Shown here: piece by piece, positions 1 to 22,248 of the stretch
Numbering within the stretch: position 1 is the stretch's first letter
Layout: each line of letters starts with the position of its first letter
Source of the DNA: Paraspadella gotoi
Lineage: Eukaryota; Animalia; Chaetognatha
Direction of reading: 5' to 3'
NCBI GenBank assembly: GCA_051294375.1
Contig: CM119267.1
Coordinates: forward strand, 1,356,962-1,420,961
Length of the DNA stretch: 64,000 bases
The notes under the pieces: generated by a model
What the model saw: the letters and a program-made list of their open reading frames with translations, nothing else
Database searches by the model: none
Told to the model about the DNA's origin: nothing
Translations under genes and position numbers: made by a program

Positions 1-846
1 ATCGAATATTAATTTGACTATTAATTAATTCATTACCTCGATCTAACAGTTTTTATTTTATAGTTTAGTTAATGCCGCTTATTGAAATTTTGTTTTGAGT
101 TAGTGTCTGAGAGTGAGACAAATAAAATGACAAATATTGTTTAAATCAAAGCTAACAAGTTAGCACTTGAGACCAATTTTATAAACGGAAAGCTTATTTT
201 ATCTCAATGAGCGCGCTTGGTCGGACAAGTCGCCCGTACGTTCACGTACTTACAGAGAAGGCGTCGTCGTCGTTGTCGTCGTCGTCGTTGTCGTCGTCGT
301 CGTTGTCGTCGTCGTCGTTGTCGTCGTCGTCGTTGTCGTCGTCGTCGTCGTCGTCGTCGAGAGGCGTCAAATTCAGTATTATTAGTTTATCATCGAATTT
401 CCAAAGAATTCTCTTCCTCTGTTATTTTGTCTCAGTTGATTTCTTCAAAAAATAAAACGAGACGAAATAATACAATTCATTAAGCAATAATTAGCATTTG
501 TCCAATTACCCACTAAATTTTATTTAAGGGAACGAATGCGTATCTCGCTTGGTCTCACTTTTTTCTCTTCCCTTGTATCGTAGTCTTTATTGATCGCTCT
601 TGCTCGCTTAATCCAATCGCTCCGAAATCGCGTTCGCTCTTTTGACGCCGATCGCTCTCGCCTTTTCCAGGTGATCACTGATCACCTTTGACTTCTCAGC
701 CCGATCGCTGAGAAATTGCTTTCGCCTTCCCCACTTAATTCTTCGATAATCGCTCTTATTATCACGGTCCAATCGCTTTAAAATCATTCTCGCCCGATCG
801 CTTTAAAATCGTTCTCGCCCGATCGCTTTAAAATCGCCACATCGCC

Positions 847-8258
<7,412 letters not shown>

Positions 8259-9469
8259 GTACCGGGATCGATCTTCAATGGTGGGCAGCGTGAGAAGGGG
8301 CGTAAACCGCCTTGAGGGCCTGGAAAACCCACTAGTCTTGATTCCGTGGCAGCGAGAGGGGATTAAAGAAGTTGCGGTTAGCACTCTTCAGCACACTTGG
8401 CGCCTCTTGCACAATTCTGACTCACCCTATTATTGGAGACAAATTCGAGGAGACGAAGATAAACTCGACTATTAACAGATTTTGGATATTCTTGTCTACA
8501 CAACATGTCCCGCCCAAAAGTCTGGGGCATGATAGCTAATAAATGAATAACTAGTAGATTGCTTGTACCAATTGAGTAAGCAATGATCCTTTAATTATAC
8601 TAGCAGAAATGTCGGAGTGAATACAATTTGTTTAAATATCGATGGTCTTGCTTACGATAAAAAATTAACAAATTTAATTAGGTCATTTTCTTTATTTTCT
8701 TGATGGAGTCGAATGAAATTTAAACTATACTATCCTTGTCAAACTGTTACCTAATTGAATAATTTGTTCTTAAGTGAAAAAAGAGGAGAAGAAAATTGAA
8801 GTGATTATAATATAACTTATCGGTTTAATGATTTAAAACTAATCTGATTCGAATCTTTTTTTTTATTTCAATTTAAATCCGCGAGAAGATACATGTTAAT
8901 TATATTAAAATCAAAACAGATCGCTAGTACATCTTTGAAATTGCTAAGAATAATTCATCTCTAACTTCTACTTGTATATTTTGAGAAAATAAGTCAAGCG
9001 ATTTAAGAAGAGATAAAAATAGACCAAAAAAAAAGACATTTTAAATATAAGACGAGAACATTTAACAAGGAGAGGGAGGGAGAGGAAAGAGGGAGAGAGA
9101 GGGAGGAGAGAAGAGGAGGAAAGAGGAAGGAAAGAGAGAGAGAGAGGAAGAGAGGATAAAAGATAAGGGAGGGAGAGGGGAGACGGGAGAAAGCGTTAAG
9201 TCAATTTGCATTTAGAATATCGGAATGAGAAGGAGGAGAAAGAAGAGGGAAAGAGTGAAATGTAGAACGTAAGGCGATTTACCAAGCTCTTGAGGCGATT
9301 TACCAAGCTTTTAAGCCGACTTACCAAGCTCTTAAGCCGAAGTTCCAAGATCTTGGTAAGTCATCTCACCAACCTCATTTCGTTGGAATGAAAAACGAAA
9401 AAAAAAGACAAAGAAATATTTTTATCGTGGAGAATCTGTAGATAATAAAGTCGCCTTTTTGATCAAAAT

Positions 9470-9895
9470 TGATCACCACTTTCGATCACCACTTTCGATC
9501 ACCACTTTTGATCCCATCTTTTGATCCCAGCTTTTAAATCCTCGCTTGAAAACCCCACTTTCGATCACCACTTTTAAATCATCCCTCAAATCTCCACTTT
9601 TAAATCCTCACTTTTGATCCCCACTTTTAAATCCTCACTTCAAATCCCCACTTTTAAATCATTATGTCAAATCCCCCCTTTTGATCCCCACTTTAAAATT
9701 CTTACTTCAAATCCCCACTTTTAAATCCTCACTTCAAATCCCAACTTTTGATCCCCACTTTTAAATCCTCACTTTTAAATCCTCACTTCAAATCCCCACT
9801 TTTAAATCCTCACTTCAAATCCCCACTTTTGATTCCCACTTTTAAATCCTCACTTCAAATCCCCACTTTCGATCCCAACTTTCAAATTCGATCCC
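9470..9895. repeat. ~27-bp tandem repeat (CCCCACTTTTAAATCCTCACTTCAAAT)
   Basis: Directly visible; lies just downstream of the DUF229-like stop codon. Confidence 0.85.
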
Positions 9896-9917
9896 GACTT
9901 CTTTTTTTGATTTCATC

Positions 9918-12900
9918 TCAATTTCTTTCATCCACGAGATCTTCGCATCTCGTCACCGGAAGTCCTTCTCCTCCTCCTCCTCTTCCTCCTCCTCCTCCTC
10001 CTCCTCCTCCTCCTCCTCCGCGGAGAATCTGCAACGGAGGGTCGCCCACCAGTTTGAAGGTGTTGGCGACGGGATCGAAGCGTACCTAAAAGGAAAATAC
10101 AACCATACATATCTAATTTATGTTTCATACTTGTGACCATTGCTGAATTATGAAATTGGTAAAACCGATATAAAAATTATCCATTCTTTTAATATATAAG
10201 CTATCTTGCCCCTGACTTTGGACAAATTATGCCTGTTGATTTAATTATGCCAGTTTGTGGCGTTAGACTAGGAGCGCCACGTGAGTCTATGTATCTGGAC
10301 TTCGAATGTTTATTTTGAATGATTAAATGTGTCCAGAACAAAGTCTTTATTTGTTCATCAATAAAAAGACCTTAATAAAATAATCAAAGCATATAGATAT
10401 TCTATATGCATTAACAAGAATACAAAAGCATAATACTAATGACAGCATTAATAAACAATATCAGATTCAATAATAAACAATAATGAATTACTAAACATTA
10501 ACAAGGTGAGATGAACGGTAAGGTGAATCTATTGTGAATGGTTGAATGAATGAACTTGGTAAGTTACAATAATTTATGTCAGTGACATCTGTTAGAGAAA
10601 CATATAATGCTATACGCGATTATAGTGTTCTTATGTTTTACATATGGTTATTTCACATGCTACAATAGTTATGGAGAAGAATGGAATATCTATATATTAA
10701 GAACCCGACGTGGCGATAGCCACTAAAAAATGGGATTGCCCCGAAGGTTCGTGGTTCAATCCTACATCCCCCCCAGACGAGTGAACCGTTGGAGACGAGG
10801 AAGAGAGACACGGTTGGGCTCTAGGTGACTCTGAGAGCCGATGCATAAGTCTGGGCGTGACGATGCTGTTCATCGTTTCGGAACCGATGTTATTCTGGCG
10901 AGGCATAAAGAGGGGCGTGGTCGAGCCGGGCATTGTGGAAGAGGATCCGCGATGGAGAGTGCGTAGAGGCCGCTCATGAATGATTCATAGTCTTGTGCGG
11001 AATAGACACGGTGGAACGGTGGCCGGAAGTGACGACAGGCACGAGGATGCAGCTACGCGTCGCTTCGATTGTGACTTCATTCCTTTTTGCCTCAGCGTGG
11101 TGACGATTAGATGATGAGGGGAAGAGTCGGGTCGAGCCGGGGCGCACGACCTCGCGGTGGCGGTCGTTGGCGGTTGACAGCTCTATCTGAGGGGCGTCGT
11201 CCTCATGACGTCGTCCACCCACGTTGGCTGGCTTAGAATTCTAGAGATGGCAATAGTTTCGACTCCTCCTTCTGTAATTCTACTCGGAAGTTAGATTGTC
11301 GGCCCCAAACAACCTGAAGAGGGCTTTCGTAGGGCCAGTCACACGCGTTTGACCCCGCTGTTCTGACAAAAACGTAAAGGTCAGTGACGAGGTATGTCCG
11401 GTGTCTAGATGACGCTTGGCTGTCGATGGACTGCTAGGGAGCCCGGGCTGTAGTGTCGTTCGATACCTCGAGGCGTGAGTTATCTCGAAGATGGCGCCGC
11501 GCATTGGGTTCTTCTTTGTGCGTCGACGAGTGGTTGAGGAACGCGCCGGAATCGGAGGCCGTCGCCAGTAACTAGTTGCGGCCGGAGATGCGTCCGCATT
11601 GTCTGGTGTAGCTGTCGGTACCGAATTGCCAAGAGGGTGGAGGGAGGCGCCAGTTACCATTTAAGACCGCTCAATCGACGCCAAGAGCAATATAAAGACT
11701 CTTTAGGCCGTCGATGGATATTCGTTCGACGAGTCCGTTTGGCCTCCGATGGTAAGCAGCCGTTGATGACGCCTGCATGCCCAGGTTCTGCGAGTTGCTC
11801 CACAATTGAAGAAAGGATTGCCGATCCGCGATCAAGGTACGTTGACTGTCAGATGGACATGCCAAAATGCAGCAACCATCCATGCGTGAAGGCATCAGCG
11901 CGAGTGTGTTGCCTGATATATCTTTGATGGGGATGGCCACTGGCCACCTGTAAAACGGTCGACTTGCTGTTAAGAAGGTAGGAGTGACCGTTTGAGGCAG
12001 GCAGGAAACAAGGTCGAAAGTGGATGTGTTGGAATCGCGTGGAGGGACTGCAAATTCACGCGATTGTGTGGCACCGACGTTGGCGAGAGACTTTGCTTGT
12101 GTGGAAGGAATGCAGTTTTCGGGCCCAGCGGGTGACGTCCGTACTCGCATGGGGGTCAGACAAATTTTTCTGGCAATTTGTGTCGCCGGGGTTTCGCGCA
12201 ATCCCTGGATGAGCCAAGGGCATGAATAGCGTGAAACACGCCGGCGCCAAGGTTTCGGGACAAATGGCCGCGCAGGGCCGGTTTGAAACGTCGACTATAA
12301 GATTTCCTGATCTCCAATGTTTGACTTCCGTTCAGAAACCTAGGACGCGTGTGAGTCCTCATTAGCTTTCGGAAGTCTCGTCAAAGGCGCTGGTGATCGA
12401 CAAGCGTCCTCAAAGTCGATGCCTGTGGAACGAGTGCCGAAGCGACTAAGTCGCGAGTTCCTCGATTGGTGGCATCGATGGGTCTTTTCGATTGACGCTA
12501 CACGGGAGGGAGAGGTTGTTTGGGGCAATCAGTGCACAGCAATCGAACGCGATTGGCCTTGCCCTCACATGACGAATTCCGTCGATGAATCCGATCTGAC
12601 GGACAACTGAAGGTGTTCGACGCAGTTGCAGGCTCACTCTCTTATGGAGCGGCGTGGATCAGGCTCATTGTGATCTGTGTAGAGCGTGAATGTTCTCCCT
12701 CGAGCCATGAGCCGGAAATGACGACATGAGCGGAATGCGCCATATAGTTCTCGGGTCGATAGGCGGCCACTCTTTGGCTCGTCGGAGATTTGGCCGAAAA
12801 GAAGGCGAGAGGTTCCCATCCTTTTTCTCCGCGCTGCTCCAGGACGGCGCCGATGGCGTGCGTCGGAAGCGTCTGTCGTCAGAGCAAGTTGACGGCGCCG

Positions 12901-15900
12901 GTGTCGTGGGTGACGGAGAAGGACAGGAGTTTGCGAGACCTCCTTCACGGCGTCGAAACCCCGCTGAGCAGTCTGGCGTCCACTCGAGGCGCTTGGGTAT
13001 TGCCTTGGAGTGCGTCGTAGAGCGGCGTCGCGTGGTGAGCGATCTTGGGGATGAAACGCCGATAATAGTTTATCATCCCAAGAAACGTTGCAGCTCCTTG
13101 ACCGTCGTTGGCGGCGTCGTTTGCGGAGGGTTCAACTCGTTGAGGCAAGGGGCGGACGCCGTTCTCGTCAACAAAGTACCCAAGAACTCCAATGCTGATT
13201 GACCGGCAGACATTTTTTCCGGTTGACCACCAGTCCATTTTTCCTCCAGTGCGCTGAAAACGGCCTTGAGATCCTCAAGGTGCTGCTCGGGCGTCTCCAC
13301 TGGCGATGAGAATGTCGTCGAGATAGACATACGACGCGCGGCAGCTCACCTAAGATTTCATCCATGAGGCGCTGAAAATCTTGGCCTGCATTTTTTAGGC
13401 CAAATGGCGTCCGGAGAGAAAACGTAAAGTCCAAAAGGCGTGATTACGGCGGTTTTTGGAACATCTCTGTGGGCCGACGGGGATTTGATGGTAGCCTTTA
13501 GAAGGTCGACCTTCGAGAAGATGCGCTTGCCGGCCAGCTGGGCGTTGAAGTCGGCTAACAATTGACTGGGTAGGCGATCGTCAACCGTTTGCGAGTTTAA
13601 ACGGCGGTAATCGCCACAAACTCTCCAGCCGCCATCAGATTTTGGCACGCAATGCAGCGGAGAAGACCAAGGGCTTTTAGGCGCGGACGGCGATGCCAAG
13701 GGCCACCATACGGTCGAGTTCGGCCTTGGCGACCGTCAGTTCTCCGGGGACAATCGACCGAGCTTTGCTTGGCAGGGACGGTCCCTGAGTTGGAATAAAG
13801 TGCCGGATTCCATGTTTCGGCTCTTGACTTCAAAGGCTGGCTTGAAAGTGCAGGAAAACTGTCCAGCAATTGGTAGAAGCGGTTGTCTTTTTGTCGACAA
13901 AATTGATTGGAGAAGGGGGTTGGCCGACTGACTTGGCGGCAGGCGATGGTGAGTAGTCTTTGAGGTCTAGAAGAATTCATCGCGATGGTTCGGCGCCAGG
14001 AAAAATTCGGCGAGAAAATCTGCGCCGAGAATGTTTTGAGTCACATCGGCAACGAGGACCTAAAGGGAAAAATGCGGGGGCAGGGTGATTCGTTTTTTCG
14101 TGTGCCATAACAGGCGATTGGGCTGCCATTGGCGGCCTGCAATTGCGGTCCTTGTGGTCCAGCGGCGCGTTGTTCTGGCGTAGGTGGTATAGTGATAATA
14201 AAGCGCCGCCGTCCACAAGCCATGCTCGGCCGTCGCTGGCATCAACGACGTGAAAGCAGAAAGGACTTTGTGGGCGAATCTCCAGTTTGGCGGGGCACGG
14301 CGTTTCACCGTCGCCGGCCCGCCAAGGCGTTTCCCGCCTTCGTCTCTTTCTCGTTGTTCTTGTCCTTCGCTTTGGCGCAACCTTTTCGCATCGGAAGCGG
14401 CGTCGCCGTATTTCAGATGGAACCTACAAATACGCATGAGTTTAGGAGCGCGAGCGTCACTCATTTCCGGTTGACGCTGATTCCCGGCGTCGAACTTTGG
14501 ATGGCCGCGCGGAATGAAGGGGCGGCGTTTTTCGCGTCGTCCTTGAACGGCGTTGACGCTGCAGGGTGGTTCCGAGTCGCTTTCGTCGTCGCTGAAATCG
14601 TGGGCGTCGATGGAGTTGATCACTGGTGCAGGTGCCTGCATGCAATGGTTCCTTCTTCTCAAAGTGATGGTCGGCGGCTTCCGCGAATTGAGCTGCGATC
14701 ATTCGCTGGCACGGTTCACCAGATTAGCGCGTATTTCCGGGGGCAGACCTCGCATGATGACTTCCTTGCGGACGTCGTCAATGGAGACGGTTGTCGTGCG
14801 GTCGACGAGCCTGGCCAAGTGTTGGAGGGCTTGATGCCGTCCCGGTTTACGCGGCCGTCGAGAAGGTTTTCGACTTGGCGTCGTGTGGAGAGGCCGTACT
14901 CGGCGCGCAGATATGCGAGGAATGCGGCCCAATTGGCGTCTGAAGCCTCGCCGTAAAGGTAGGCGTTGATCTTTGGATTAATGTCGACGGAGATTTTCGA
15001 TTCGAGGAATGCAAATTTTGTCCGCGGGAGAAATGATTTTGGCGCGGACGTAGGCCGCTTCCACGCGGCGAATCCATATTTCGATATTATATTTATCGAA
15101 TGGTGAAGCTCGGGCTTTTTGGGTCGGTCGCTGGGGCCAACGCATCTTGCGCGGCCTTGGTCGCCGCCAGTGCGGCGTCGAGGGCGGTGCGGAGTGCTTG
15201 CATCTCACTTGAGTAGGAGGCGCCTCAGCCATTGTTGTTTGGGCGTCTGCGAAATGGTCGATGTCCGCGGGAGAAAAGGAGAATGTTGGGCCGCCTGAGG
15301 GTGCCTCGACTTCTTCGTCGCAATAACGAGGTGAGGGAGTGAGGCCCGCGTCGGCGAGAGGGTGGCGCCGCGAGATGATTGGCGCTGTTTTGTGACCGAG
15401 TAGTTGGGCCCTCGAGTTTTGGCGGCATCGACGAGCCCGGTGAATGTCCCGAGATATTTGGGCTGAAGGTCAGAAGGTTGGATGACGCCTTCAGAGAGTT
15501 GAGAGGCGTCGATTTCAAAGTCGGGTTTCACCAATGTGGCGGTTAGACTAGGAGCGCCACGTGAGTCTATGTATCTGACTTCGAATGTTTATTTTGAATG
15601 ATTAAATGTGTCCAGAACAAAGTCTTTTATTTTGTTCATCAATAAAAACAGACCTTAATAAAATAATCAAAAGCAATAAGATATTTCTATATGCATTAAA
15701 AAGAATACAAAAGCATAATACTAAAGAAACATTAATAACACAATATCAGATTACATAATAAACAATAATGAATTACTACATTAACAAGGTGAGATGAACG
15801 GTAAGGTGAATCTATTGTGAATGGTTGAATGAATGAACTTGGTAAGTTACAATAATTTATGTCAGTGACATCTGTTAGAGAAACATATAATGCTATACGC

Positions 15901-17384
15901 GATTATAGTGTTCTTATGTTTTACATATGGTTATTTCACATGCTACAATAGTTATGGAGAAGAATGGAATATCTATATATTAAGAACCCGAGTGGCGATA
16001 GCCACTAAGAAAATGGATTGACCCCGAAGGTTCGTGGTTCAATCCTACAAGTTGACCAAATTATGCAAGTTGAAAAAAATATGTTAGTTGACCATATTAA
16101 GTCAGTTGATCATATTATGCCAGTTGACCAAATAATGCAAGTTGATTAAATTATGTAAGTTGATCAAATTTTGCAAAATTTCCAAATTATGAAAGTTGAT
16201 CAAATTATTCCAGTTGACCAAATTATTCCTGTTGACCAAATTATGCGCATCTTCCGGTAATAATTGATAGATCATTTGATTTATAGATTTTTTCATAGAT
16301 TTATTAAGTAGTCTGTTATGATTTGTTATGTTACGATTTGTTATGATCTGTTAAGATAAAAAATTGAAAGTCAGAAAAAATTACCGAGATTTATCATCGG
16401 ATTAGTTTATTATCCCTCAATTATTCGTAGGCGGATTCGACATTGTTTGCTCAAACTTGTTTTCCTTCATCTAACATCTCCGAGACGAGGCGACATCTCT
16501 CGTTGAAACCGCGAAAAACAAAGAGAAAACAAAAGGTCAAATCACCGTGGCCTCGATTCTCGCGCGAAGTGGTCGAGTGAGGAAGATGACGGACACGTCG
16601 CGAGTGGACGGCGACGATGGGCGGCCGAATTGCAAAACCTGATGACGGAGACAAAAGGGCAACGCTTGTTTGGGGAGATGTTGTTGTTGTTGCTGAATTT
16701 CTCTCGTTTTCTTGCTCAAGGAAATTGTATAAATGAATAAATGAAAAGAAGATTAAATGAATAAATGAATCAAAGAAAAAAGTACGTATATCAGTAAATA
16801 AATAAAAAATGGATATTTTAATGATTGAATAGAGCAATAAATTATAATTGAAGAATATATGAAGTAGTAAATAAATGAATGAATGAATGAACGAATAAAT
16901 AAATGAACAATTGAATGATTAGATGAATAAAGAAAATTATTAATAAGAATATGAATAAAAACTGTATAAATCTATAAATAAATGAAATAAATTTAATTCC
17001 ATTTAATATTAAAATATTTCATAGTAGTTTTAAAATTAAACTGCTACGATATGTAAATGAGATCGAAGAACTTGATCTTTAAAAAAAAAAAAAAACCACA
17101 AGAGAACATGCGAGACCTCCAACCACCAACCTACCCGTCCGTGACTCTTGACGAATTTCAACACCCTCTCGTTGACCTTCGAGATTCGACCGGCGACGAC
17201 ACTGGAGACTTGGAGTCGGTCGCAGAGGCGGGAGAGGCGGTGGAGGGGAAGAGGGGTAGGGATGAGAGAGGAGGAGGAAGAGGAGGAGGAGGAGGAAGAG
17301 GCGAGGATACTCTGCAGCGCCACCTCTGCAGCGTTAAGGAGATCAGCGCTAAGAAATTTATACAAAAAATAATTTATTTTTTTT

Positions 17385-17458
<74 letters not shown>

Positions 17459-20018
17459 TTCTCCTCACTATGTTGCCGGTCCGGTTCCATGACCGTCTCC
17501 GCCTCGAGACACGGACACCAGTGACTCTCGATCTTCGCTCGTCCACAAGTTCGATGAGAGGAGATGACGCCGAAGAGCGACACGCCACGGGGAGAGGGAG
17601 GGAGGGAGGAAGAGGGAGAGGGAGAGGGAGAGGAAGAATGGAATTTGGAAGATCTGAAAATTTAAATTAAATTAAGTAGTTTTTCGTGTACAAAGCAGAG
17701 AGTTTTTATTTTAACTATGCAAATTAAGTAGTTTACTTCAGGTAACTTTTCATTTAATTCGTTCAATAATCTATTAAATACTATAAATATACTATACTAT
17801 ACTATACTATAAATACTATATACTATACTTTTCTCTCCCTCTCTCTTAGTTTATGCTTTTGTTTAGTGAATATATTCCAGCTTATGGATTTTTGCAAAAG
17901 TTATAAAATAATTTCTATCAAGTATAATGTGTCTGAAAGTAAATGTTATTTTAAAGTTACTAGTCATATTCTGTCTTACTAATTTCCTATCTCGTTCTTT
18001 TTAATGAAATTGGTACAATCAATATTAAAATTATCCATTCATTTAATAAATAAGCTATCTTGCCCCTGACTTTGGACAGGCTTTGGTGGCCTCCATCACT
18101 CTTACAAGATAATGACATATCAGGTCCCTGCTAGCTTTCAATCAAGACTCTCTCACAGTCTCGTTTATTCACTCCCAGATTATCTGGCTTCCCTATCAAT
18201 GAAGTGGTATAATGTTTCAAAGAAAGTTTCAATTGTATGAAAAACCACTCCCTTAAGTATTAGATCGGTGAATACTATATTGTACTCCGCCCAGCATCAA
18301 AATACAGAATAGAATGATATAATATAATAGAATAATATTTACCTTTTTGTTAAAATCGTCTTTCCTCCCCCCTCGCCCTTCATTCCCTCCTCCTCTTCCT
18401 CCCTCTCCTCCTGCTCTTCCTCCTCCTCCTCCTCCTCCCCCTTTCCTCCCCTTCTTCCCAATCCAACCAAGTTTTTAATCCATTTCCAAACAGCTCCGAC
18501 CCTAGATTCCTCGTCCTCCTCCCTCTCTTTCTCCTCTCTCCTCCTCTTCCCCTCCTCTTCCTCCCTCTTCCTCCTCATTCCTCCTCTCAATACACCAATC
18601 AGCGTCGCGTGGACGTCGGCCGGCGTCAAGAGACGACGCTGATTGGTCGAGAGGGCGTCGACGATGTCGGGGCGGGAAGAGCGCAGCCAATCAGGGCCGC
18701 GATTTCGAGAGGGGCATGCGGGACTGGGGGGGGGGGTGGGGGAAGGGTGAGTGAGGTAAGTCGGGAAAAAGGGTAAGTGATCAAGCCCTTGCCGGCTTCA
18801 TTTTCCCAGAACGCCCCCTTTTATCCTGAATTTTAAATCAGGTTAATTTTAAATTTCATTAAAAAGACTAGGTTAGGGACTTTGATTGTGATTAGGGTTT
18901 ATTCAAGTTAAAAATCAATGTTTAAAAACTTAAAAACCGAAAATGGGGTGTCCTTGGAAAAAATAGCCGGTCGATGAAAAAAAATTCATTGTGCCATCTC
19001 GCCGACCTAAGGAATCACTGTGACCCCCTAAAATAACCTGCAGCTTGGCGGGAAAGCCGCCGCCGCCGTCGCCGCCTTCGCCTCCTTTGTCGGAGAAGAG
19101 AACGAGGAGCGAATTGTTGAGGACACCAGAGGAGGAGGAGGAGGAGGAGGAGGAGAGGTCGTTGAGGAAGAAGTGGAGGAGATCGTCCGTGGAGGAGAAG
19201 GAGCTGAGGGAGGGAAGGGGAGGGAGAGGGAGAGAGGGAGGGAGGGAAGTACAGAGAGGAGAGGAGGGGGAGAAAGAAAGAGGGGAGGGAGAAAGGGAAG
19301 GGGAGAGAGAGAGGAAGGGGGGAGAGAGAGAGAGGAGAGGAGGGAGTGAGGGAGGGAAATGGCGAGGAATGAGGGAGATGAAGAGTAAATCAGAAAAAAA
19401 ACTTTTAGCCAAAGTTTGAATTAATTTTTCTTTTATTTTCTTTAACTTTTTATGTTTTATCTTTTAACTTTTTGCTGAGATTCAATCAACTTTCGTTTTA
19501 TCTTTCTTATCTTTTTCGCAGTTTAGTTCCTGCCGGAAATTCTTGCTAAGAAACTTTTTCGATCGTTGGTCTGTCTGTCTGTACATCAGTCTCTGTCTGT
19601 ACATCAGTCTCTGTCTGTACATCAGTCTCTGTCTGTACATCAGTCTCTGTCTGTACATCAGTCTCTTCCATCATGATTTAAATACCCTAACTGCGGTATT
19701 ATTATATTTTATGGGTAGTTTATACTTAAGAAAGAGGAGATATGCGATCGAAATTACAATGTACATGACCAGAAATGAAATCCAATTTTTGTTTAATATT
19801 TGTAAGGAATCGTTGAGCGGTTGTTGTGCATATATTTTATACTTGTGCGTCACGTTATCAAATAAAAATGCGGAGTTGTTTGTCGGGTTCTTTTCCTTTG
19901 TTTGTTTTGTTCGATCACATGACCAATCTGTAAAACCGGTCAGGACACTTAAGTTCGCTATTTGCGCAAACGGATAAATTTGCTTTTTGTGGCTTGCCGT
20001 TGGTCCATCAGTGGGTCC

Positions 20019-20074
<56 letters not shown>

Positions 20075-21677
20075 CTCTCTCTCTCCCTCTCTCTCCCTCA
20101 CTGCAACCAAAACCCAAAAAATTACGAAAACGTTTTGCAATTTAATCTTTTCTTTCGCTTTTAATTTTTTTCGTTTCAAAAATCTGGTTTCGTAAAAGCG
20201 AAAGTTAAAAACTATAATTTGTTTTCGCGAATAATGATTCTTAATAAAAATAAATTCTCTTCAAAATGTATAATTCAACTACAAAAACAAAAATGTAGTA
20301 CAAAGTCAAAGTCAATGTCAAACAAATACATACGACTCTCTGTTCTCTCTCTTTTTTTTCTCTCTCTAATATTATATATTGGTATTTTTATATTGGTTGT
20401 ACCAATTTCATTAAATTATTTTATTTTTTCATCAAAGTTTTTAATCTTCTTGTCATGCTCCCTCGCCAGGCTCCTGCATGCCGGGCCATCGTCATGCCCG
20501 ACCTCCGACCCTCAACGCTCCTCGCCCAATCAGGCGCTCCCCAGGCCCAATCAGGCGATTCTCAAGCCCAATCCGGGGCTCATTTGACCCAATCAGGCGC
20601 TCATTTTGCCCAATCAATCGCTTCCCAGGATTCATCAAGCGCTCCCCAGGCCCAATCAGTCGCTTCCCATGCCCAATCAGTCGCTCCCCAAGTCCAATCA
20701 GGCGTTTCCCAAGCCCAATCAGGCACACAACGCCTGTCTCGTCTTCTCCGCGTTTTTCCGATCCTGAAAATCGTCGTCGCCGTCATTCCTCTCAGTTTTT
20801 TCGATTTTTCGTCCGACGTTTACGTCGTTTTAGGTAATTAGATAATTAATTAATTAATAATAATAATAAAATTAGATTTGAAATCCTAATAAACTAGACT
20901 TGAAATCATTTTAAATCTCATTTCTAATAATATTAATTCCGACTTCAAATCCTGAAAATCAGATTTTAAAATCTTGCACATTGAGGCGATATTCGATTTC
21001 TAATCTCATTAAAATCCGAGTTCTAATCCTCATTAATCAGATTTTTAATCCTATTATAAATCCGTTATTCGAATTCTATCGAGTCACATTTATAATCCTT
21101 TTTAAGTAATTGCGATTTTAAATCCTATTTAAAAATGCGATTTTAAATCCGATTTAAAAAAATCCGATTTCTAATCCCGAATAAAAATCCGATTTCTAAT
21201 CCCGATTTAAAAAGGTTACGCCTCCTCTCCCACTCCCTCCCCTTAAAAGGTTACGCCTCCTCTCCCGCTCCCGTGGTCCGTCTCCTCGCTCTCGTCCTCT
21301 TCCTCGTCCTCCTTCTTCATTCCCTCGTCTCCTCCCTCTACGGACTCGCCAATCTCCGACGCCGCGGCGCCGCCTATCCGCTCCTCTGGCGGACGACGCC
21401 GCGGCGCTGTCTCGTGGCGGCGCTGCATGGCGTTGGCCTCGGGGGCGCCGCTTATCACGTGGACTATTTGGTGGATTTGGTGAGAGTGATGAGAGAGGAG
21501 ATGAGAGAGGGAGAGACAGAGGGGGAAGAGGGAGAGGGAGAGAGAGAGGAGGGAGAGGGAGATGACACGAATCAATCTTCGTTGGAGCGGAAGGGGAGCG
21601 AGAGCGAAAGTTCTTCGCTGGAGCAGAGTCATTGCTCCATTAAAGTCGAAGAGAATCTCGACAGGTGAATAGTAAAG

Positions 21678-21763
<86 letters not shown>

Positions 21764-21808
21764 GCTTTCAGTCTGTCTTCTCTCAATCTCGACAGGTGAA
21801 TAGTAAAG

Positions 21809-21886
<78 letters not shown>

Positions 21887-22201
21887 GCTTTCAGTCTATC
21901 TTCTCTCAACATGAGCAAATCCAATGCATCTTTCTCAGACCTAACTGGATTTCCCATAAACTCTTTAAACGATCAAGTGTCTCCACTAGAGCTAAAGCCT
22001 CGTCTTAGCAGGAGCGGTTCCAGTCACTCTTGGCAGGAACGGAATTCTTTGCTCCAGTGGAAAGAAAGGCATCTGGAATCGATGCAGCTCGTTCAAGTCT
22101 TCGGAGAATCTTTGCCGCAACTCGTGCTACAGACTGCAGCAATGTTCGTTGACTGGACGAGCGGGACTCAGAGTCAATGCTTTCCGGGTGAGATGAGTGA
22201 G

Positions 22202-22248
<47 letters not shown>

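Larger units (their letters stand above)
10256..16049 (-). mobile_element. Ty3/gypsy LTR retrotransposon, copy A (full length, many frameshifts)
   Basis: Two ~510-bp TG...CA LTRs (10256-10766, 15535-16049), 4-bp target site duplication AGTT (10252-10255, 16050-16053), PBS and PPT next to the LTRs, and fragmented gag-PR-RT-RH-IN peptides ([43 protein letters not shown]) homologous to copy B. Confidence 0.95.

Noticed and set aside
10735-10766. tRNA T-arm-like GGTTCAATCC at the LTR end
   Set aside because: No cloverleaf or A-box can be built, so the short match is probably chance.
14129-14956. 275-aa ORF antisense to gag/protease, and similar antisense ORFs over GC-rich exons
   Set aside because: Shadow ORFs of GC-rich coding DNA, not conserved in copy B.
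10767-15534. Heavy frameshifting of gypsy copy A as evidence of an old insertion
   Set aside because: The LTRs are nearly identical, the TSD is intact and the lesions are mostly 1-bp indels, so sequencing error is at least as likely.
19671-20117. 148-aa minus ORF with one hydrophobic stretch
   Set aside because: It starts in a (GA)n tract, is AT-rich and has no homology or splice support.
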